Below are positions 1-11,138 of a stretch of 34,059 nt of DNA, one piece after another; position 1 is the stretch's first letter; each line of letters opens with the position of its first letter. The DNA comes from Pelomyxa schiedti. Its lineage: Eukaryota > Protista > Evosea. The translations under genes were made by a program, and so were the position numbers. The DNA lies in contig JAHLWZ010000980.1 of the NCBI GenBank assembly GCA_020536535.1, forward strand, positions 1 to 34,059, in the 5' to 3' direction. The notes beneath the pieces were generated by a model. That model worked only from the letters and a program-made list of their open reading frames with translations, had not been told where the DNA came from and did no database searches.

Positions 1-3000
1 GGGGTGCATTGATTGAATTTTGTGGTTGTTGTGGGTGAGAGAAAACATACCGGAGGGTTCTGGTACGGCAGAACCGTCGGGCGCGGGTGATATGGAACCG
101 GATACATGGAATGACAAACGGAGGGCTGGGCAGTGTCCCTCCCCGTGGCCGATTCCTTCCCCGGCGTTGTTCACTATTGTCCGGATGTATTCAAAGTCGT
201 GTGAGAACCACGAGTATTGTTCCATGGAACGGATTCCCCAGTGGAAGTACACGCACTGGACGCGGCCGCTTGATCCCGGAATGTTGTCGCCGTTGGCATC
301 TATCACTCCAAAGATATCCCTGTTCGAATGTGTGAGTGTCGTGCGATTGACCGGTGTGAAATACACACCTCATTATGCTCATCATTGGAGTGACTCCAAT
401 TCCGCCGGCAATGAGAACTACGATTGGGTAGGTCTTCATTTGCACTTGGAGGCACCCATAAGGTCCGTCAGCTCTCACCCACAAGTTCTTGAGAGTGGAT
501 GCGCGTTTAAGTAGAGTTGCGGTGTGATTACCAAGGGACTTGATGTTTACTTCACACTGCCTTTCCCGCGGGGCTGATGAGAGTGTGAACGGATGCCACT
601 CAAACAAGTCTAACTGCGGGAAATTTAGGAAGATGTACTGTGCGGCATTATAGCGGCGGAGTGGGTGCTTAGGCCACCGGACTCGCATCACACCTTTTGT
701 TTCGGTAAGAAAAAGCTAATATAATAATTAATAGTGTTCCTTACCATCTGGAAGAGAAACTACTTCCGTTGCTTTTCTGGGGATTGTTCCCCATACTACT
801 CTGAAAATTCTATCCAAGCCATAAATTGCAGCAGCGGCGTATGCAAATGGTAAGAATGCTTCATTGTGGAGACCCGCAAAGACGAAAAATGGGCCAATGA
901 AAAACAGGTGCGTGTAGTAGAAGAAGTTGAAGACCTTCCTCCTCAATATATCAAGGCTGAATATATTCAGACCCAAACAGCTCAATAATCCTACAGCCCC
1001 AAACACCTGTGAGATTACAAGGGCTCCTGAACTCCATATTACATCGATTCCCCGAGAACCAAGGAAGAGTCCCACATGAGAAAGAAGCAAGAACAATGTC
1101 CATCTTCCCAGCCATCGATGAAAAGCGACGGTCCGTTCAAAGCTTTCCCCCAGCAGAACAACAAGCAAGGAATTACGGGTTGCAGGTAGCACAGCTATAA
1201 GCATATTGGCTGAGACCATGTGTCCCAAGACTCGGGCTGCACTCTCCAGCAATTCTGCCGGTTTCGATTCCCAGTCTGTTGGCCAAGCCCACACCCAGAA
1301 AACACCCCAGGCAATATTCAACAGAGCGTAGAGTACACACACAATAATCCCCCCAAGTGACCACATTCCATACACTCTCTTGTTGCAGAATCCACCACCA
1401 CTACAGCAGCCACTCCCTGCATCCTCCACAGATGGTGCCTTCTTCTTTTTCTTCTTGTCCTTCTTACTAGCTCCAACTGCTTCCATCTCCACATCCTTGC
1501 TGGCCTTGAGAGTTTCAGGAGCAACAGCTTTGTGTGGAACTCCGGCACCAACCCCCTTCTTCAGCCAGAAAACAAGTGAACAGAGCACAATGAATAATGC
1601 AAGAGTCGCAGCAAGGCCTTGTCCTGGGTTCTGTATAACAGGGAACAAGAATAGTGCACTTGATGGAGGTTGCTGAGAGCAAGAGAATAGATTTATCTGA
1701 GTGCCGCCGTAGCTTGTTCCACTGCTCATCCCGTGTGTGGCATAGTTGGTTGGACTTATTCCATCACTGGATGACCACGCCCAAAGGAGCCAAATTACTG
1801 TATTTGTCAGTGTGAAGTCGTGACTATCACCAGTATCCAGAAGGCGAGTGAAGCTGATCACAGTGTGGGTGGAATTCTCATATCCATTCACTATCCGATT
1901 AAAAGATGTGAGTAATTTTTTTTTTTGGAGCGCTTTACCCACCATTTAAACAGTCATCAGTGCCCCCAAGGCTGGTATCCTCATCTGGGATGTTCCTTCC
2001 CTTGCATGAGGCGTCGAGGAGCGTAACTACACCGCTTTGCACCCACCTTGGAATGGATTTGATTAGAGTTGAAAAGCAAAGAGGGAGATATGTACCCGAC
2101 ATATTTATCTGCCCTATCCATTGCATATCTAGTGTTGAATCCCACACTGATCCAGCCCAAGGTCTTCCCAATCATAGTGAACCGCATCGCGGTGCTATCG
2201 TTTGTCATTGCCCATATCAAAGTAAACATTCCGTTGGAGGCCTCCCACATCCCATTTGCTGTGGATATGTCACAGGCAGCTGATGATGACTGAATGACCG
2301 CTGAGGATACTTGTTGTGGCTCTGAAGCTGGCGAGGAATAGGAGATTGATGTACAATCAGAGAGGAAGTTGATTTGCGTGCACCCGTAGCCACCGCTTGA
2401 CTGTGATCCATGCATGGAATAGTCAGTTGGACTATTCCCATCGGCAGTCCCCACAGCCCACATTACTGAAAGAATAGAGTCCGTTATGTCTACATCGTAG
2501 GAATCACCCGTGATGAGGTTTCGGGTCCATGTGAGCGTTGTGTGAGTGGTATTTTGAGTTCCAGACGTTGCAGTAATGTCGGATGTCCCTCCCATCGAGG
2601 TATCCAGTGGAGGAACAGTGTAACCAGTAGAGTAAGCATCCATAATCGTGAGAGCACCTCCGGAATCTACCCATCTGATTACATTTGTTAGAAATGGATT
2701 GGTTTTGTGGGATAGGTATAATTACCCAACAACTTTATCCGCGGAAGTCATACTACACTGAGAATTCAGTCCCATACTGACCCATCCAGTGGTACGACCA
2801 GTCATGGAAAAAGTGATGCTCAGCTTGTCCGGTGAGACCACCCAGGATAGAATAAAGGCTTGGTTTGGTGACATCCATGATCCGATACCTGAAGATGTAC
2901 AAGGTACAGATACTGCCTGTGACGTGGATGTGAGTAATGATGTTGATGTAGATGTAGATGTCGATGGGGCGGCACCGCTGCATCCAAGGAAATTCACAGT

Positions 3001-5129
3001 CTGGCATCCATACCCTTTTGTGCTATGCTGGGAATAGGATGTTGGTGAAGTGCCGTCACTTGTTCCAACAGCCCACATTAGTGAGTACCAGTGATCATAG
3101 AGCTTATAGTCTTTTGCATCACCAGTGTCCAGCAGCCTAGTCCATCTGATGTGGGTGTGGGTTGAATTCTCTGTCCCAGTTGCTGATTGGATGTCATTTG
3201 TCCCGCCGGCCGATGTGTCAACTGAAGGAACAGTGTACCCTGTGGCCCATGTATCAAGAATTGTAAGAGCACCACCAGATACCCAGCTGAAAAAGGGTCA
3301 GTGATGGAATTCATAAAAGTTTTAGAAGACCCACCCAGTTACTTTGTCTGCACTCCCCATTGAGCATATTTCATTTATGCCAAAGCTTACCCAGCCAGTA
3401 GTTTTTGCAACCATATCAAATACCATTGATGTATTGTCTGCAGATAGTGCCCACGAAAGAATGTATGACCCATCTGAGTTTGAGTATGAGCCATGGCCCC
3501 GGCCTCCAGTACAGTTTGAAGCCGGAGGTAGGTCCTCATCAAGAAAACGCACTCCACCACCACCATAGTACTGGTGTTCATCATAGGAGGGTTCATTGCC
3601 GGGGTTCCACTCCATGGTTCCACCGTTTTCACCTAATGCCCACAGCAGACTCACGGTCTGGTTTGTGACATCGTGGTCATAGCGATCATTTGTGACTAGT
3701 TTTCGCTTGAATGAGATGATGGTATGTGTGGAGTTAGCGGAGAATGTGGCCCCTCTGTTCATGGATGAGTTAAAAGAAAGGTGATCGGGGAAGAACTTAC
3801 GTTGTATCAAGTGTTCCCCCAAGGCTCTGATCATCAGAAGGGGTGTCATGTCCTCGTGAATATGAGTCTATCAAAACGCCGGTGCCTCCTGTGTACCACC
3901 CGGTGTACTTGTCACATCCACGCATGGAATATGATGTTGGGTTCCACCCAAAACTGACCCAGCCGCGAGTTTTACCCGTCATTACAAACTGTATGGTTTC
4001 ACCATCTGGTTGAACCTTGCTTGCGTTAGTAGATAGGGTTTCTTACAATTTGGCTACCTCCCAATCCAGCCGGAATTTAGTAGGAGTTCCAGAAATCCAG
4101 GTTCCCTTGCCGGTAGGAATTTTCTTCGCAACAGGAGAAGCAGCTACAATGGGGGCAACAGAGGGGCTTGTCTTTGAGTGACCTTGTCCTGTGGTACAAT
4201 GCTGGTATTTGAAGAAATTGATCCCAGAGGAGTGCACGCTCATCGAGGTTGGTCTCATTCCACCCCTATTGCTGTGTGTTGGTTCTTCTCTGTAGGCCCA
4301 AAGCACTTCATAATCCCGGTCAGTAAGGGCTACATCCTTTTGGTCACCAGTGAACAAATTTCTGGGAGCATGTGAATTCCCTCTCCTTATGTTTTGTTTT
4401 TACACAAACCTTCTAAAGTGAGCTCCAAAATCCTTCCCACCTAAAAAATCACTAAGTGCGGGACTCTAGAATCAGAGAAAAAAATACCATTAGACTGCCA
4501 AATTTTGGCGTCAGGTAGAACATCCTGACTTTCATCCTCCCGTATCTTCATCATAGAGAAATGGCAGTCAACAACTCTCCCAGGAGTCTTCAAGGTAATA
4601 GTCAAAATGAAACCCGAAACAGAAAGAATCAGGCAAGGAAACACACCGATTCGGTCTGGTTTGGTGGATGGATGACCCAGAGGTCATCAGGGCCTCCAGT
4701 GAATATACCAGCATCGGGATCTCCTGCTCCAACAGCAAGGTACCCATTGATAGGTGCCTGGTTATTCTCCAATGTAGCAGACACCTCCAATTCCTGCAAA
4801 CATGTTTCATTTAGGTTATTGCCACAAACAGTACAACTGAAAAGCATTTTTGGTTATTCAAAAACTCGGTACTGTAAATTTACTAAAATGTTGCTTTCCA
4901 AAAAGAAAAATATCTTTCAAAGCGTTAGGAGAAAGTGTACCTTTTTGTCAATGTCAATGTACCACATTAATGTAATGAGTGGTTCTTGAGGATTCAGTGT
5001 GACACAACATGGCTCATTGTATGTACAGGCACCAACTTGGGTGTTGGCGGCCGGGGTCCCACAAGTCACAACTGCAGCGAACAAAACTAGGCTCGCTAAG
5101 CCAATGAATGACGTGGATGCGCAGGGCAT
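1..5129 (-). CDS. Multi-exon gene: signal peptide + five DOMON domains + ferric reductase-like transmembrane domain + FAD- and NAD(P)H-binding domains (FRE/NOX family); 3' end runs off the window
   Basis: Hydrophobic leader MPCASTSFIGLASLVLFAAVV at 5129. Repeated DOMON motifs G(K/R)TxGW(V/I)SxG..xMxxxD, TxLDTGD and LLWA (ORFs 3797-3982, 3322-3849, 2722-3078, 1981-2643, 728-1945). TM segment carries the heme His motifs FHRWLG, LSHVG, YTHLFF and GLHN. FAD motif HPFTLSS and NAD motifs GPYG and AGGIGVTP (191-691). Removing intron 320-368 gives MSIMRDIFG...VYFHWGIRS. Confidence 0.85.
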
Positions 5130-5574
5130 TTATTGGTTTGCTATTCTACAAAACGACTACGACGTGAGTCTCTGTTGGTTGTTTTCTTTTTGTTTTGTAT
5201 TTTTTTCTTCTGGTGCTGCTTGTGGTCGAACATTCTTTGTTTCGTTTCGCGTGTTTGGTTTTCGTTGTTGCTTCTTCGCACTCTCAAGATCACCGATTAG
5301 ATTATTCAGCCCCGATTAGTGGAAGGCCAATCGAGATTGGTCGGGCTCTGAGCCACTAATGGCCAGGCCATACCAAGGGCTTTGGACGTGAGGAAATTGT
5401 AGAGTCTACTACTCGTGGAGGGAGTGTCTCTGAACAGGGCATCGGTTCTGACATTCCATTCACCTTGATTTGTACATCAAAGCCGGGGAAACCCAATTTC
5501 ATTTTCCCGTTTCAACACCAACGCACAAAGTGCGACACCGCACTCTACACGAAGAAAAAAATAAACAAATAAAA
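5130..5574. promoter_or_regulatory. Probable bidirectional promoter between divergent genes, with an inverted CCAAT pair (ccaatcgagattgg, 5327-5340)
   Basis: Lies between divergent start codons at 5129(-) and 5575(+). Contains CCAAT/ATTGG and two copies of ccgattag. Function is inferred from position only. Confidence 0.35.
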
Positions 5575-8500
5575 ATGCCACGAGTGCGAGTCGTTGTTAG
5601 ACTCACTGATTTGAACCAAGGTTCTTCGCGCTTTTGTTTTTTTTTTCCCCCGTTTTTTTTCCGCTATTTTCCCAATCCTTTCGTTTTTGTGACGTTGTTT
5701 TTTGTGTGTTTTGCACACAACAGAATGCGAACAAAGAACCAAGGACTTGTCTGAAAAACCAAGGGGGGACGGTGGTGGTGGTGGGCCCACTGTGGAACTT
5801 GTGAGTGATACTGCTCTGTCTGTTGTTGGCGAGGAAAGTGAAGGTGGCGCTGGAAGAGTGGTGTATACGTTTGATAAGGTGGTGGGAATCTCCCCCTGTA
5901 GAACAAATGTACAAAAAACCGGTGCTGGCGTGGTCAGTTCCACGGCAGCATTTATGGGAGAACTTCTTCCCAGTATTGTGGACAGAGCCTTTGAAGTAAT
6001 TATGCTCTCTTTCCAACCACCACAAACCTGGTTTTTGTTGATAACTCCTCCAGGGTGAAACATCAGTTGTGGCGTGCTGGGGATCACATTGCAGCCTCCT
6101 GAACACACACGATTTTAATCCCTTTGCAGTGCCACAGAATGACGATGATGACAGCATTGGCAGTGGGAGTGGTGCGGCGGATGAGGGTGAAGATCATAAG
6201 GCAAAGGAGCCTGCACCTCATTCTGCTTACAACACTATTCAAGGAGATGGGGCTTTTGTTCCCATGCTCATTCGCGAAATATTTAAGAGTATGCCCTTAC
6301 TTAGAAAAATTTGCCCTAAGGGAAGAAGGGCTTTCATCTGTTTCCAGGTTTGAAGTCAGGATGGTTTGTGTAAGACTCCACGGAAACTCTGTTGTAGATC
6401 TGCTCTCTGATTGCGTTTCTCATTCTGTATACATTCCNNNNNNNNNNNNNNNNNNNNNNNNNNNNNNNNNNNNNNNNNNNNNNNNNNNNNNNNNNNNNNN
6501 NNNNNNNNNNNNNNNNNNNNNNNNNNNNNNNNNNNNNTAAGGGAAGAAGGGCTTTCATCTGTTTCCAGGTTTGAAGTCAGGATGGTTTGTGTAAGACTCC
6601 ACGGAAACTCTGTTGTAGATCTGCTCTCTGATTGCGTTTCTCATTCTGTATACATTCCTTTCTTTCCTTTCAATGTGACAAATATGCAATAGGGACGCAG
6701 CCCAGTGAGCATAGAACAGACAGATGGTGTAACCCACTTGCGTGGCACTGTAGAAGCTTTACTGACGCAACCGTACCATGTGTTTGATGTTCTGGCTAAA
6801 GCACACTCTGCTGATGCCTTGCAACGTGTCTCTGGAAATACAGCGGCTTCTTCATCATTACGCTCAAGCAGGGGTTTGAACATTCCCCGCAGTGATGAAA
6901 TTGCACCCAACGACGGAGACACTGCTGTTCAAGTAATTTTAAGTGAGATCGGGCGAGGAGAAGTAGCAAGCATCTTTCTCATTGCTCTGAACCCTGGTGG
7001 TGATTGCTTGACGACTGCTGCTAACACTGCCTCCAAAGATATAGTCCAGGGTCTCATTACATTGCCAATTTCTATACCAACAACCAAACTCACTTCCCAG
7101 CTGATAAACCATAGGTTTCTATCCCTCCTTCCTAATACCAACAAATCAATCTCTCTCAAAGGATTTCTGAAGATTCTGTAATTTGTGTACTGTCAAATAT
7201 TTCCTGCAGTAAGACGAAACTCAAACTTAGTAAAGAGATTTTACAGATTCTTTCAACAAGATGTGCAAATGTATTTTGTTCCCCTCCCTCCTTTTTTATT
7301 TGTTAACAACAGCTAGGAACCTTTGTATGGCTCTATTGCTTTTGATTAATTCCTGTTCTGATTCCTCTTAGAGTGCCGTTAAGAACTCCTGCACACTCAA
7401 AAAAAGTGTGGTGGGCAGCAGATGAAAGAAATGAACCACCCACGTTGGACGAAGAATCTGCAACTGAAACTACGGAATTTGAGGAAATTCCTCCACTTAC
7501 TGTTGAAGACCTGCAACAAAAGTTGGACGAGATGGTTCACATAAACATATTTCCTTAAGAGAATAACAAAATCCAGACAGAACATCATCACAACTTATTT
7601 GACTCCCTTCTGCTTAAAGAGAAAGAACTTGAATCTGCTTGTGCAGCAAGGCAAGAATTGCAGCAGCAATTAGACACTGCCAATAGCCTCCTCAACCAAA
7701 ACAGTACTGATCTTGCATCAGCAGTTGCCTCTGCAGAGACAGCGGCGCTCTCTCGCAGCCAACTACAAAAAGACTTGGATAAAGCAAATGATGCTTTAGT
7801 GGTCAACTTCCTTTTACTCCCAAAATAATATTAAGTTTGCCATAGGAATCCATTTCTGAAAGAGGAAAACTTGAAGCATCGATAGCATCTCTCAATGCCA
7901 AGCTCGAAGCTGCTCAACACGCTTTGAAATCAGGTGTTCAACCAGAAGTGGTATCCAACCTCAACGCTCAGCTCAGTAAATACAAGAGTAAGGCTCAAGC
8001 AACAAAGCAATGTCTAACAGCTAAAAGGCAAAGCTATGAATCTGCAGCATCAGCTCTCTGTTGTTCAAGATACTGCCACACACACTACATCAGATGTCCT
8101 TTCCCTTAGAGTGCAACTTAGAACGGCAACGCAATCCGAGTCTTTGCTGAGACTCCAACTGGGTGCTGCCAATACACGATCCAGTTTAATGGAGCGAGAC
8201 ATGGCACAGCTGAAGGAAGAGGTCTCATCTCTTAGATCCAAATTAGATCTGGCAGCACGTACTACCTCTGAGCTGAATTCACTGTATGCATGATATAGGT
8301 TCTTTTCGTTGTAATGCAAAACAGGAAAGAACAACATCGCAGTGTCTGTAAAATGGTGCTAGCAATGGCCTCAGACCTTATTCCATGCAGCCAAAGTTTG
8401 TTAAAAGCCCTTTTTTTGTTTCCCTGACGCCCAGTAGGTGAAACGTCCGCAGATACGGACAGCACAAGGTGCATTACCACTCTTCAAACAGCTGTGCAGA

Positions 8501-9808
8501 ATACCAACAGGACTGTCTCTTCCTTAAATGAAGAACTTGAACAAATAAAAGGCCTCAAAAAGTCAGAAGATGCTGCCCAAGCAAAGTTGATGGTACCAAG
8601 AATACTTTTGGTGTGGCATTAAAGTTTTCGTAGGAATCAGAAATGAAAATCAAGCTTCTTGAAGGGAAATTCAAATCCCTGGAGCAGAAAATTCTTCAAT
8701 CGAATGAAATGCACAAGTAAGGTAAAAAATCATATTCCTTTCTAATGTATGTTAGCAATGTTTTGGAGAAGAAAAACGCCGAGATAACAGCTTTGAAATT
8801 AGAGGTTGTTATCCTAGAAAGCTTACCATGCAACCACTAAAACGCTGTAGGTATTTAAACTAAAGCAGCAATTGGTGGCACCTACCCCACTTAGTGGGTC
8901 ATCTGCGGAGCTTGATGCCCTCCGGGCTCAACTAGTATAACTACTGCAACTGACTGGCATTTTTAACAAAAACAAGAAATCAACAAGCTTGTTATTGAAC
9001 GCAGAAAAACGTGAGAAGCAAGTATACGTTGATTCTAGTTTGTGCTCAGATAATGTCCAAATTATTCGATTGCAAGCGCAGATTGAGTGTACGTACTTTT
9101 CACCTCCCACATACCCGCCACTTATGACATACAGCGCTGAAGTCCGAAAAAAGGGAAATTGGATTCAAGCTTGCGGAACAACAGATAATTTCCACGAAAT
9201 ACGCCGACAAGTACTTTTTTTTTCCCCCTTCAAATCGGCTCACAAATCCGCCACAGAATTAAACAACTTGAAATGGAGAGCACACAACCCGTTTCTTCCA
9301 GTACATCACTTGCAAGCCTTCCTACACCAATCAAACAGGCCATCACTGCCAGCACATTTAACAGCACAAAAGCCGCATCACCACCGCTATCAAACACCCG
9401 GTCTCCCCCCACATCACCCACGAAATTCCGGCTCTATCAGCGAACTCCGTCATCAACCAAAATCACACAACCGCCACTCCCGCAAACCCAAACTCAAACT
9501 CAACCACAACTACCACAATCCCGCTCACAGTCACAACTACAATCACAATCACAATCGCAATCACGATCTCAATCTCAATCGCGATCACACTCGCCGGACC
9601 TACCACCCCAAGCTGTAACAAGAGTTGTAAAGGAAAACCATCTGTAAGCATAGGTATGTGTCCCCTACAATCCCATCACAAACTAACATGTTACACACCT
9701 AGAACCAGGGAAGGTGCACCGATGTACACCCTCAACCATAATTTACGCTCGTGGCGGGAATCGAACACCCGCTTCGGAGTGAGGAACGAAGAATTTGTTT
9801 ATTTTTAG
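5575..9808 (+). CDS. Multi-exon kinesin-like protein with a degenerate (probably inactive) motor domain, long coiled coil and S/Q/P-rich tail
   Basis: MPRVRVVVRL at the start (kinesin beta1). VYTFDKV; GETSVVACWG in place of GYNxTIFAYG; FVPMLIREIF; VVDLL; SSR; VILSEIGRGE in place of LVDLAGSE; TTKLTSQL. Heptad-rich exons at 7373-8900 and a QSQS-rich exon at 9273-9647. The 3' end is uncertain (9647 unspliced, or 9808 if the gtaagc donor is used). The gene spans an assembly gap. Confidence 0.6.
6317..6658. other. Scaffold gap (100 N, 6438-6537) flanked by an exact 121-bp duplication; unmerged contig overlap
   Basis: 6317-6437 is identical to 6538-6658. Confidence 0.9.
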
Positions 9809-10002
9809 AGCCTGTCAATTCACAACTTGCCTGTATTTGACACCAATTCACACAAAGGGTAATTCAGAGATCCAGGAAACCGAAACTACAACAACAAGAC
9901 GTGCGTCCGGAGGTGCCGCTGAGTGTACGATATTGTCGAAGACTTGAGATCCACTAGGCAGTTACAAAGACACAAACAACACTTTTACTTTGTTTTGAGT
10001 TG

Positions 10003-11076
10003 ATGGCGGCGCATGCAAGTCCGTCGTCGGCTGCGGTGTCTCCGGCTATCGCGGCAGCAACAACGAGAGCTATTACAAACCAACTAAAAGGTACTTAATT
10101 ATCGAGCGGGGAGTTCTAGTTCTTTGGGTTTTCCTTGTTTTTTTGCTTTTGCATAGAGCACACGCAACATGTACACTAACTCTTCTGTTTTTTCTCCTCA
10201 ATAAAGCACTTCAAACCGACCCTGTTGAGGGTGTGTATGTAGAAACCAATGGCGATAATCTTTACGAATGGAATATTTGGATTGAAGGCTCTGCTGGAAC
10301 CCCTTAGTACGGTTTTTCTTTGTACTTCTGGTTTTTGACGAAACGAAACTGTAGTGCGGGTGGAATTTTCAAGCTTTCCATGGTATTTCCGCCCGATTTT
10401 CCTATGAGACCACCTTCACTTCGCTTTATTGACAACTTTTGGCATCCTAACGGTTCGATATACTTTTCTTCAAATGTATGTATTATTTACACCCAAATAA
10501 TCTGCACGCAGTGTATGCTGATGGCAAAGTATGCATCTCGATCCTTCATCCTCCCGGTGAAGACGAAATGAGTGGAGAGCGAGCGTCTGAGAGGTGGCTT
10601 CCTACACAAACTGTAACAAGTGTCATGTTAAGTGTACTGTCACTCCTGGCGGATCCCAACACCTCGTCTCCCGCTAATGTTGATGCTAGTGTATGTTACG
10701 CGATTATTACACTTTTAGAAACACTCCAACTTACCAATCCAAACAAAACTAATTCAATCCTCTAGGTTGAGTGGATGCGGAAGCGGGATTCGTTTGATGC
10801 TAGAGTAAAGGCTCTCGCTGCGAAATCAAGATCACGTGTCCCACCCAATGTGGTCATACCGCACCCCGATTCCAACCCGCGAGAGCACGCAGCTCAAGTA
10901 GAGAAGATAAAGTCAGCATCCCGAGGCGGTGATGAAGACTTTGTATGTGCACTCACAATCTGACCCTATCTTCAACTCACAATCACAAATAGCTCGTGTA
11001 CAGTGACCCTGATGAAGACGACTCAGAGGATGACATCTACGACTTTGATGGTGAGGAAGGGGGAGACGATGAGTAA
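10003..11076 (+). CDS. CDC34: Ubiquitin-conjugating enzyme E2, Cdc34/UBE2R type (multi-exon)
   Basis: Spliced product contains [20 protein letters not shown], and [32 protein letters not shown] (catalytic Cys plus acidic-loop insertion), followed by PANVDAS. It ends in an acidic tail [23 protein letters not shown]. Confidence 0.88.
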
Positions 11077-11138
11077 ACTAGTCTGTCTATGTTATAAAAT
11101 TAAAGTCATTTCCATCCACTTCATCGTTGTTTCTGGGA

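Noticed and set aside
6317-6658. 121-bp direct repeat around an N-run, suggesting a tandem duplication or an insertion with target-site duplication
   Set aside because: The copies are exact, abut a 100-N placeholder, and the same 121-bp geometry recurs at 27168-27509. This is typical of unmerged contig overlap.
9480-9600. CAATCA/CAATCG-type repeats as a non-coding repeat element
   Set aside because: Imperfect repeats that encode the QSQSQSRS low-complexity tail of the kinesin-like protein; an ordinary disordered region.
9754-9772. Minus-strand hairpin GCGGG-TGTTCGATT-CCCGC resembling a tRNA T-arm or Pol III B-box
   Set aside because: The loop is 9 nt rather than 7, and no matching acceptor stem, D-arm or anticodon arm was found upstream. 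A tRNAscan-SE/Infernal run would settle it.
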